Positions 19,564 to 26,122 of a stretch of 26,122 nucleotides of DNA are shown in pieces (position 1 is the stretch's first letter; the number at the start of each line of letters is the position of its first letter). Made by a program: the position numbers and the translations under genes. A model generated the notes under the pieces. The model did no database searches. It was not told the DNA's origin and saw nothing but the letters and a program-made list of their open reading frames with translations. Source of the DNA: a bacterium (lineage in GTDB: Bacteria; JAMCPX01). The stretch spans positions 1 through 26,122 of the forward strand of contig JBBIVV010000032.1 in assembly GCA_037439545.1 (NCBI GenBank), written 5' to 3'.

Positions 19564-20007
19564 TTAAACTCCATACTGGGCAATACCTTTCTTGATATTC
19601 GAGAAATTGCTCTTTATCCTCTGATGTTCCTGATCAAAGACTACAACATCCCATATTGAGAATATCTCATCCCCGCCCGTTATGATGACCTCTTCGCCCA
19701 GGTGCACTTCTTCACGCAGATAGACCGGCAGGAACAGTCTCCCCAGAGCGTCTATTTCATACATAAATGCATCGCCAAAATATAAATCTTTGTAATCTTC
19801 GACGACATCGAGTGTCGGAGGCAATGATTTAATCCTTTGTTTGCGCTGCTCGAAAACCTGGTAGGGATAAACATCGAGCCTGTTCTGATTATTGGTTATG
19901 ATGACTTTATTGTCGAATTCTTCAGATAGTATCTTCCTGAATGCAGACGGCACACTTACCCTGCCTTTTTTATCAATTTTATGTCTGTACCTTCCAATAA
20001 ATTCCAT
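19564..20007 (-). CDS. mraZ: Division/cell wall cluster transcriptional regulator MraZ
   Basis: Two DxxGR motifs (DKKGR, DALGR), 147 aa, first gene of the cluster. Its stop abuts the rsmH start (TAAATG). Confidence 0.95.
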   Translation of the reverse strand: MEFIGRYRHKIDKKGRVSVPSAFRKILSEEFDNKVIITNNQNRLDVYPYQVFEQRKQRIKSLPPTLDVVEDYKDLYFGDAFMYEIDALGRLFLPVYLREEVHLGEEVIITGGDEIFSIWDVVVFDQEHQRIKSNFSNIKKGIAQYGV

Positions 20008-20023
20008 ACAATTTTGTTATACT

Positions 20024-20053
20024 TTCATACCCCTTTATACCACTTCATACCAC
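20024..20053 (-). promoter_or_regulatory. Three phased 10-bp direct repeats, putative MraZ operator
   Basis: The minus strand reads GTGGTATGAA GTGGTATAAA GGGGTATGAA, 17-46 nt upstream of the mraZ ATG. This resembles the GTGG-type repeats with 10-bp period bound by MraZ in other bacteria. Confidence 0.8.
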
Positions 20054-20071
20054 CATATAATTAAATGTCAA
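20044..20071 (-). promoter_or_regulatory. Putative dcw promoter
   Basis: Perfect TTGACA (20071-20066), 16-nt spacer, then TG-G-TATGAA (weak extended -10) overlapping the first repeat. Confidence 0.5.
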
Positions 20072-20232
20072 GTTAATATTGGCAGTTAAATACAGGGAAA
20101 ATTCAAGACTCCAGCCTTTTCATAAGGCAGTTCGTCCTCCGGTTAAAAATTTGTTCGTTTTGCAGCTGGTCTTGATCAAGGAAGCACTGATTGCAGCGGG
20201 CATGCAGTTCAATACACGCATACACAAATCTA

Positions 20233-20261
20233 TTGACCGTGCTCTTTATAGTTTTTATATT
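20233..20261 (+). promoter_or_regulatory. Sigma70-type promoter for the ferritin-like gene pair
   Basis: TTGACC (20233-20238), 17-nt spacer, TATATT (20256-20261). RBS AAGGAG before the ATG at 20302. Confidence 0.7.
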
Positions 20262-20301
20262 CTCTGAAGTTTAATGAAGCCGTCTTAAGGAGAATTTATT
20301 T

Positions 20302-20754
20302 ATGGATAAACAATACAAGAACATAGTAGAGTTCGCTATAGAGCGTGAAATGGATGCTTACAAGTTCTATACTGAGGCACAAAAACATGCAAAGACGCAA
20401 AATGCAAAAACATTCTTTGATCAACTTGCAAAACAGGAACTCATTCACAAGCAGAAGCTTGAAGAGATGAAACTTACGGAAGAATTATTAATGGATCTGT
20501 CGGTACTAAACATCGAAGAATATTCAAGCAATGAGTCATTTGCCTCCGACATGCAGTTCCACGTAGAGTACCAGCAGATACTGCTACTTGCCATAAAGAG
20601 AGAAGAGCTGTCTGTACGCCTTTACAGGGACATGCGCAAGGCCGTTAAAGAGCCGGACAAACAGAAACTGTTTGACAGGCTCATTGAGGAAGAAAAGAGC
20701 CACCGTGAGGAGCTTCAGATAGAGTATGACGCGTATGTATTAACAGAAGATTAG
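20302..20754 (+). CDS. Ferritin-like di-iron protein (rubrerythrin four-helix domain, no rubredoxin domain)
   Basis: Repeated pattern AIERE...FY...ELIH / AIKREE...LY...EEEKSH with two ExxH motifs and no Cys. Confidence 0.88.
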   Translation: MDKQYKNIVEFAIEREMDAYKFYTEAQKHAKTQNAKTFFDQLAKQELIHKQKLEEMKLTEELLMDLSVLNIEEYSSNESFASDMQFHVEYQQILLLAIKREELSVRLYRDMRKAVKEPDKQKLFDRLIEEEKSHREELQIEYDAYVLTED

Positions 20755-20770
20755 AATAGGAGGTAGATAA

Positions 20771-21289
20771 ATGGAAAACAAGGACAGGGAGTTATTAAAG
20801 GTTTTAAGAACAGCGGATGAGGCAGAGAGGACCGCACTTATTACGTATCTGAAGTTTGCAAGACAAACAAACGATGCCGGCGGCAAGAACATGTTTATAA
20901 GACTTGCAATAGACGAATACGGACACATGCTTCTTTTGGACAATCAGACGAACAATATCGTCAGTCAAAAGGGATGGCAGAACATCGAGATAGATAAATC
21001 GGTGGTGGAGCCGTTGATCCCGAAAATAAGTGAAAAGGACATAAAGACGATGGGAAAGGCGAATGCGACAGAGTTGTCAGCCCTTGAAACTGCAAGAGCA
21101 CTGGAACAGAGGGCCATCGAGTATTATTCTGCCAATGCCAAAAACACCACGCTGCCTGAGATACAAGCGACTTTCAAGAGACTTACGGAGATGGAACAGG
21201 CACACCTCACCATGATTGAGGCGGAAATAGACAGTATCAAAAAAACCGGTTTCTGGTTCGACACTATGGAGTATTCCGTAGAGATGTAA
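20771..21289 (+). CDS. Ferritin-like di-iron protein (rubrerythrin-like)
   Basis: AE...Y...MFIRLAIDEYGH and ALE...YY...FKRLTEMEQAH, with aromatic tail GFWFDTMEYSVEM. Strong RBS AGGAGGT. Confidence 0.85.
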   Translation: MENKDRELLKVLRTADEAERTALITYLKFARQTNDAGGKNMFIRLAIDEYGHMLLLDNQTNNIVSQKGWQNIEIDKSVVEPLIPKISEKDIKTMGKANATELSALETARALEQRAIEYYSANAKNTTLPEIQATFKRLTEMEQAHLTMIEAEIDSIKKTGFWFDTMEYSVEM

Positions 21290-21294
21290 CCCCG

Positions 21295-21337
21295 CTATTT
21301 CGGAAGGCAGTTTTTCAGAAAACTGCCTTCCAGATAG
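21295..21337. terminator. Long stem-loop at the ferritin-like/slt convergent junction, inside the slt 3' end
   Basis: Perfect 13-bp inverted repeat GGAAGGCAGTTTT (21302-21314) / AAAACTGCCTTCC (21319-21331) with a 4-nt loop. On the + strand it extends by 6 more pairs to 21295/21337 with one bulge and one G-U. No U-tract. Confidence 0.6.
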
Positions 21338-23514
21338 ATGTGCTTCTCCAGCGAGAAGTTTCCTCCGTAAATCATCGTATAAGCGGCAAGATTTGTAATG
21401 ATACCTTTCACATAATCCCTCGTCTCGCTAAAGGGTATCTCTTCGATAAATTCATCAGTGTTGCATGCATGTGAAGCGGCCAGCCATTTATCAACGGCTT
21501 TTGTGCCCGCATTATAAGCGGCAAAAGACAGAACATAATTGCCTTTATACTTTATCAGAAGCTGTTTAAAATACCACACTCCTATGCCTATGTTTATCTG
21601 CGGATCAAAAAGCAGTTGAGGAAAAAATGGTGTGAGGGATATATTCTTTGCAACCTTTGCGCCGGTAGAGGGCATGATCTGCATGATACCTAAAGCGCCT
21701 GAACCTGAAACAGCGTCCGGCTTGTATTTACTTTCCTGAAGTATAATAGAGTATACCACCATCGGATCAAGCTGATATTTGCTTGCATAATTTTCTATGA
21801 CATAAGAATAACCGGCGGGATAGCTATAATACCATACAGGAACAGAGGACTGTGTGAATGTCTGGAGCATGTCTCCAAGTCTTGTGCGTGCAAGGTATAA
21901 ACTGCGGTAATAATCGCCGTGGGCGTAATATTCACGGCACAATACGAGATTTTCATTATACGACAGGTTTCGTTGTTCAAGTGACGAGAGTTCGTCCATT
22001 GATTCTCTGTTCATGCCCAGCGACTCGAGAAATTTATATCTGGAGTAATGATAGTCAAATGCCGGTTCTGTGTGTGTTATCCCGGGCACCTGAATGCTGC
22101 TGGGATCATAAGACAATGTATTCATGCCTATCCACATGTTCGACATGACCGTGTAGAAACTCAGAGGCATCGAATTGGCGATATGAAAGAATGTGGCATT
22201 CGCCCCCTCGACCCTGCCCTGTTTCAATAACGCCTTTGCAATCCAATAATCCGATTTAATGCTTTCATACTGGTCGCTGTACCGGGAATCTTTTATCTTT
22301 TTAAAGTAGTAAATAGCTTCTTTGAAATTATCCGAAGTATAAGAGAGCCACCCGAGGTTCCAATAAGCAGAGAGGGAAAATGGGGTGTTTGTTCCTGCAA
22401 GTTTCAACAACCATTGTTTCTCATGTTCCGTATCGTTATTCTGATTATAGAGAGAATACAGTTTGTACATCGCCATGGGGGCATAACTGCTCTTCATGTA
22501 GGCGACCTGCATGAATGTATTCGATGCTGAATCAGTCTGTCCTGTTTTGAGAAAAGCCTTCCCGAGCCAGAAGAGCACTTCAGTGTAGTTTTGCCTGGCT
22601 GTATCATAATGGATGGATGTCTCAAGTGCATGTACTGCGCCGGCGTATTTGCCCGTGCGGTAATACACGATACCGGTATCCCTGTAGAGCTGCGAAAGCC
22701 TGTCCGCATCCGGATCAATGAGTGTTTCATGTATGGCAGAATTCAAATAATTCAATGCAGCACTATACTTCCCGTCAATCATAAGTAGTTTGGCAATTTG
22801 ATAGTTGTCGATCTTTAATTGAGTTACATCCGTTATGGAACTGAGGGCGCTAAATGCCATGGCTGCATAAATCGATCCCGGAGACCTGGTATAGAGCTCT
22901 GTATAATTTTTTATACCGCCCTGCAGGTCCCCTGTACTTATATCGAGGGCTGCTATTGCAGTAAGCATGGCGGGTTCCTGATTATAGAATGCCGGCATTG
23001 TTATGTACCGGGCATAAATATCTTTTGCCTTGCCATAGAGTTTCAGTGCAGAAAAGCACTGTGCGTAGAGCTGTATCGACTGCCGGTAAAACACGCTTTC
23101 CGTATAGTTCACACCCATGGTCTCAAAATAAGGCAAAGCGCTCTTAAAATCACCCAGATTATAATAGCTGTTTCCAAGATACCAGGTAATATAGTCCTGA
23201 ACGAGTATTTGTTTTTTTTGCAATTCTTTGAAACCGGATACCGCTTCTTTATAATTGCCTGTCTTATAGCTTAGAAAAGCCCTTACAAAACCGGCATTGT
23301 CCTGCAGCTCAGTCTCCCTGTCCGAGGTGTTCAAAGATTTCATCTCTTTGTACGCAAGAGCATAATTATTCGCAGAGATCGCATGAGTTATGTCGTTCAT
23401 TGTGTACTGCTTTTCATGCAGTATCGGTTTTACAAAACCGCATCTGGAAAGCATGAGCGCAAAGAATATGAGAGAAACAATATAAAAAGATCTATGAATG
23501 AAGTGTAACGTCAT
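21295..23514 (-). CDS. slt: Soluble lytic murein transglycosylase (Slt family) with N-terminal TPR repeats, probably exported or lipid-anchored
   Basis: C-terminal SLT motifs ILQES (catalytic Glu), GALGIMQIMPST, AAYNAG and ETRDYV. Multiple TPR-like repeats. Hydrophobic N-terminus ending LSRC. Start uncertain because there is no clear RBS. Confidence 0.88.
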   Translation of the reverse strand: MTLHFIHRSFYIVSLIFFALMLSRCGFVKPILHEKQYTMNDITHAISANNYALAYKEMKSLNTSDRETELQDNAGFVRAFLSYKTGNYKEAVSGFKELQKKQILVQDYITWYLGNSYYNLGDFKSALPYFETMGVNYTESVFYRQSIQLYAQCFSALKLYGKAKDIYARYITMPAFYNQEPAMLTAIAALDISTGDLQGGIKNYTELYTRSPGSIYAAMAFSALSSITDVTQLKIDNYQIAKLLMIDGKYSAALNYLNSAIHETLIDPDADRLSQLYRDTGIVYYRTGKYAGAVHALETSIHYDTARQNYTEVLFWLGKAFLKTGQTDSASNTFMQVAYMKSSYAPMAMYKLYSLYNQNNDTEHEKQWLLKLAGTNTPFSLSAYWNLGWLSYTSDNFKEAIYYFKKIKDSRYSDQYESIKSDYWIAKALLKQGRVEGANATFFHIANSMPLSFYTVMSNMWIGMNTLSYDPSSIQVPGITHTEPAFDYHYSRYKFLESLGMNRESMDELSSLEQRNLSYNENLVLCREYYAHGDYYRSLYLARTRLGDMLQTFTQSSVPVWYYSYPAGYSYVIENYASKYQLDPMVVYSIILQESKYKPDAVSGSGALGIMQIMPSTGAKVAKNISLTPFFPQLLFDPQINIGIGVWYFKQLLIKYKGNYVLSFAAYNAGTKAVDKWLAASHACNTDEFIEEIPFSETRDYVKGIITNLAAYTMIYGGNFSLEKHIYLEGSFLKNCLPK

Positions 23515-23530
23515 ACTGCTGCTGCAGGTA

Positions 23531-24298
23531 TCACAGCTTAAGACGGATTACTTCTGCCTGTATGTGGTGGTGCTCTATTTGTTTGTTGTCAAACAGAATC
23601 TCTATACCTGCTGCATTCCCCACAGTAAGCATCGCTGAACCGGTAAATTTCCAGAGGACATGCTGTCCTGCTTTTAACAGGGCTTCCCGGGCGTTGTTAT
23701 CGGCATTGTTCTGCTCGAGCCTTACCCATGTGTCTTCCGTAGCCTTCAAAAGAACGGTATGCGCCATTGCAACCTGAGTCAATGAATTTCCGGCAGAAGT
23801 TATGCCTTCGGCCGCGGTTTGTGTAATTGCCGTTGAATATTGCGTAAACGGCTGAGACGGGGTTGTGGTGGTAAAACCGGTCTGCTGCTCAATGTTATTA
23901 CCGGTACCGGGTCGTCGTTCCGGCTTATGGTTTCCTGAATAAGAAATGAGCAAAATCAGGGCAACTGTCAGAGCGAGCCCCCCGGATATTCCGATATACA
24001 AGCTGTTGCTGCGCACCCTGGCAGGGGACTTTTTTTTAACAGGCTGTCCTGACTGTTTAAAGCTCTGGTCATAAAATTGCTGGAACTGATTTGCGGCCTG
24101 TTCGGGCTCAAGCCCGATATAATTGCAGTACGCTCTTATAAAACCTTTGACAAATGCAACATCCGGAAGCTCCTCATAGTTGTCCGTTTCTATTGCCTGA
24201 AGATAGGATTTCTTGATCCTCGTTATCTTTGCTATTTCATTGAGCTCAATATGCCTGAGTTCTCTTTCTCTTCTGAGGAACTCTCCAAAACTATCCAT
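23531..24298 (-). CDS. rodZ: RodZ-like cytoskeleton/cell shape protein (HTH-TM-DUF4115)
   Basis: FGEFLRRERE...ITRIKKSYLQAIE...LPDVAFVKGFIRAYCNYIGL HTH, basic stretch plus TM, Thr-rich linker, and C-terminal ATEDTWVR...LTVGNAAGI. Confidence 0.88.
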   Translation of the reverse strand: MDSFGEFLRRERELRHIELNEIAKITRIKKSYLQAIETDNYEELPDVAFVKGFIRAYCNYIGLEPEQAANQFQQFYDQSFKQSGQPVKKKSPARVRSNSLYIGISGGLALTVALILLISYSGNHKPERRPGTGNNIEQQTGFTTTTPSQPFTQYSTAITQTAAEGITSAGNSLTQVAMAHTVLLKATEDTWVRLEQNNADNNAREALLKAGQHVLWKFTGSAMLTVGNAAGIEILFDNKQIEHHHIQAEVIRLKL

Positions 24299-24299
24299 C

Positions 24300-25055
24300 T
24301 TATCTTAGCAATTTAATATAATTTTTCGCATCCATAGCGGCCGTGGTATCAGGAGCCATTGTTAAAACCGTTTCAAACTGCTTCCTTGCCTCCGTATAGT
24401 TTTTTTCTCTCATGTATACTATGCCGAGGTTAAGATACGCCTGCACATAACCCTTGAAGTAATAAATAGCTGTTTTGAATTCATTCTCAGCCTCTTTCAG
24501 CATATTCTTTCTTAAATAAACGAGCCCCATGTCGTTATGTGCCGCAGGCATATCGGGTGCTATATCCATGGCGCTCTTGTACGCCTTTTGAGCTTCATCG
24601 AGCTTACTTTTCTGGTAATAAGCCCAGCCGATATTAACCCATGCTATCTGCGGTGACATATACAGCGGATTTGAAAGCGATGCGTGGAATGCCTTTATTG
24701 CGTCATCCCATTTCGATTCGCTTAAATACAAAACGCCGAGGTTGTTGTAGGCATCGGAATAATCCTTCTTCGATGCCACAGCCTGCTTATAAGACTTTTC
24801 CGCCTCTGTCTTCAGCCCCTCACCGTAGTATGCAAGCCCGAGTGCATTGCAGGTGAATGCGTTATCTGGATTCAGCCTCTGTGCGGAAGACAACTGTTGT
24901 ATTGCACCGGCGTAATCACCCTTGTTTAAAAGTACGATGCCGAGATCATAGCTCATACCTGCCTGCTTTATCGCTTTTGGGTCTTTCCCGGCACAACCTG
25001 CAGCAAATAGAACGACCAGAGAAATTAAAATAAGCTTAAAATCTTTGCAAACCAC
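24300..25055 (-). CDS. TPR-repeat lipoprotein, Tgl/PilF/PilW-like type IV pilus secretin pilotin
   Basis: 251 aa with lipobox FAAG-C20 and about 6 TPRs (NALGLAY, AYNNLGVLYL, NPLYMSPQIAWVNIGWAYY, AHNDMGLVY, AYLNLGIVY). Directly upstream of rodZ. GTG start with AAGGAG RBS. Confidence 0.75.
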   Translation of the reverse strand: MVCKDFKLILISLVVLFAAGCAGKDPKAIKQAGMSYDLGIVLLNKGDYAGAIQQLSSAQRLNPDNAFTCNALGLAYYGEGLKTEAEKSYKQAVASKKDYSDAYNNLGVLYLSESKWDDAIKAFHASLSNPLYMSPQIAWVNIGWAYYQKSKLDEAQKAYKSAMDIAPDMPAAHNDMGLVYLRKNMLKEAENEFKTAIYYFKGYVQAYLNLGIVYMREKNYTEARKQFETVLTMAPDTTAAMDAKNYIKLLR

Positions 25056-25552
25056 TGTTTTTCTCCTTTATCTGTTACTATCTCTTCCGATGCTTTACCA
25101 CCGGTTTTTTCTTCACCCTCATACACCGTGTCAAGAACCAGTTCATCGCCTGTAGAACTGCCCTTATACATCTTAAGGTCTGCCATAAAAGCAGGAATGG
25201 ACTTTATTGTCCCTTCCTTTTGTTCTTGTGCATCGCCAAGCTCTATCCTTTCCATAATAAACCCCATACTGCCCGTAAAATCAAGTGCTTCATTAAAAAC
25301 AGCCTTGGCATTTACCAGCTCGGCTTCACCCTGCTCATTGATATAAAAGACGCCTTCCCTGCTCTGCTCCCTGAACAGGTATATGTATATCTGCATTTTT
25401 TTACTTTTTTTTATTGCGATAACATATGCCCACGTAGGCTCCGGCGATTTATCTGGCAGGGCTATGACCGGTTGATTCACAGAACCGTAAATCTCCCATA
25501 CTTCAGCAACCTGTGATGCTAAATTCTGGATCGAGTCACTGTTTATAAACAT
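25025..25552 (-). CDS. Conserved protein of unknown function, resembling the gene found upstream of tgl in myxobacteria
   Basis: 175 aa, RBS GGAGG, overlaps the next gene by 31 nt. The motifs SVNQPVIALP, IYIYLF, EALDFTGSMGFIM and terminal AKILSLF recall that family from memory; not verified by search. Confidence 0.7.
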   Translation of the reverse strand: MFINSDSIQNLASQVAEVWEIYGSVNQPVIALPDKSPEPTWAYVIAIKKSKKMQIYIYLFREQSREGVFYINEQGEAELVNAKAVFNEALDFTGSMGFIMERIELGDAQEQKEGTIKSIPAFMADLKMYKGSSTGDELVLDTVYEGEEKTGGKASEEIVTDKGEKQWFAKILSLF

Positions 25553-25573
25553 ATTGCCTCCACGGTATCATAA

Positions 25574-25647
25574 TGCCCCCGACAGGAGTCGAACCTGCGG
25601 CACAGGGATTAGGAATCCCTTGCTCTATCCAACTGAGCTACGGGGGC
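25574..25647 (-). tRNA. tRNA-Arg (anticodon CCU), CCA not encoded
   Basis: GCCCCCGTAGCTCAGTTGGATAGAGCA AGGGA-TTCCTAA-TCCCT GTGCC GCAGG-TTCGACT-CCTGT CGGGGGCA: 7-bp acceptor stem, D arm, CCT anticodon and TTCGA loop. Confidence 0.97.
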
Positions 25648-25701
25648 TCAAGCTAAAAACGTTGATTATATTAACTACATTTAAAATACTTTTGGCAAGT
25701 G

Positions 25702-25740
25702 AAATTGAATACCGTCAATTTAATGGGTCCTCTCCCATTA
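25702..25740. promoter_or_regulatory. Two abutting 7-bp inverted repeats; the first resembles an FNR/CRP-family site
   Basis: AAATTGA-ATACCG-TCAATTT (25702-25721) and TAATGGG-TCCTCT-CCCATTA (25721-25740), both with 6-nt spacers. Confidence 0.45.
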
Positions 25741-26122
25741 TCGATCTTACATGGGGGCAAAGTTTTATCCTCAGCTCGTAAAACAAAGCTCCCTTCGATA
25801 AACGGGATTAGCCGATCAAAAATGCAGTTGCTTTTATTTTAGACGCATATAGAGAAGCAGTCCACGTAGAGTACCATGAAAGCCTTGCAAGCAGTTCGCA
25901 GGTGTTTTCCTTCGCATCGTCAAAAACTTCCCCCCCATCTTTGTTGGGTAACTTCATGATCACTTTTGGGAGAAGATCCAATTTAATAATGAAGTAGAAC
26001 AGACCATACGATCACAGGCATCAAGAAGTACACCGGTTTCGCGGACAGACGGGAATTATTAGAGAAAGTGAAAAGCCTTTTTTTAAATAGCTGGGTATGT
26101 ACATTCGTTCGGTGTATGATCT

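Noticed and set aside
20024..20053. Short direct repeats as CRISPR or VNTR
   Set aside because: The units are 10 bp with no spacers and no cas genes; position and motif fit an MraZ operator.
20079..20267. 62-aa ORF and 10-bp palindrome CTTGATCAAG (20171-20180) in the mraZ/ferritin intergenic region
   Set aside because: TTG start without an RBS, and the ORF runs through the ferritin promoter. A single 10-bp palindrome is expected by chance and lacks the spacer of an FNR box.
20302..21289. Ferritin-like proteins as encapsulin cargo
   Set aside because: No encapsulin gene in the window and no LxVGSL-like targeting peptide at either terminus.
25554..25781. 75-aa plus-strand ORF
   Set aside because: It is the antisense reading of tRNA-Arg (the RTCGTGIRNPLLYPTELR pattern is a typical tRNA shadow).
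25574..26122. Integrated element at tRNA-Arg
   Set aside because: No integrase, no duplicated tRNA 3' end in the window, and the genes downstream of the tRNA are core envelope genes.

Overview
Bacterial chromosomal window, mostly core genes, with a Deltaproteobacteria/Myxococcota-like gene content (inferred). About 18.8 kb is one tightly coupled minus-strand division/cell-wall (dcw) operon: mraZ-rsmH-ftsL-ftsI-murE-murF-mraY-murD-ftsW-murG-murC-murB-ddl-ftsQ-ftsA-ftsZ. It ends unusually in purM, which starts 1 nt after the ftsZ stop. Two small plus-strand redox modules flank it: DoxX-family + wrbA on the left, and two Cys-free ferritin-like/erythrin di-iron proteins on the right. A second minus-strand unit runs tRNA-Arg(CCU), a 175-aa conserved unknown protein, a Tgl/PilF-like TPR lipoprotein, rodZ and a large TPR-Slt lytic transglycosylase. 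No mobile elements or CRISPR arrays were seen. Non-obvious signals: 10-bp phased MraZ boxes; hairpins embedded in the last codons of the minus-strand gene at both convergent junctions; a duplicated FtsZ C-terminal peptide; tandem palindromes, one FNR/CRP-like, upstream of the tRNA; and a 16-bp exact match between that non-coding region and a ferritin-like gene. I found no clearly new system; the tRNA-orf175-tgl-rodZ-slt unit is the best candidate for an under-described one.
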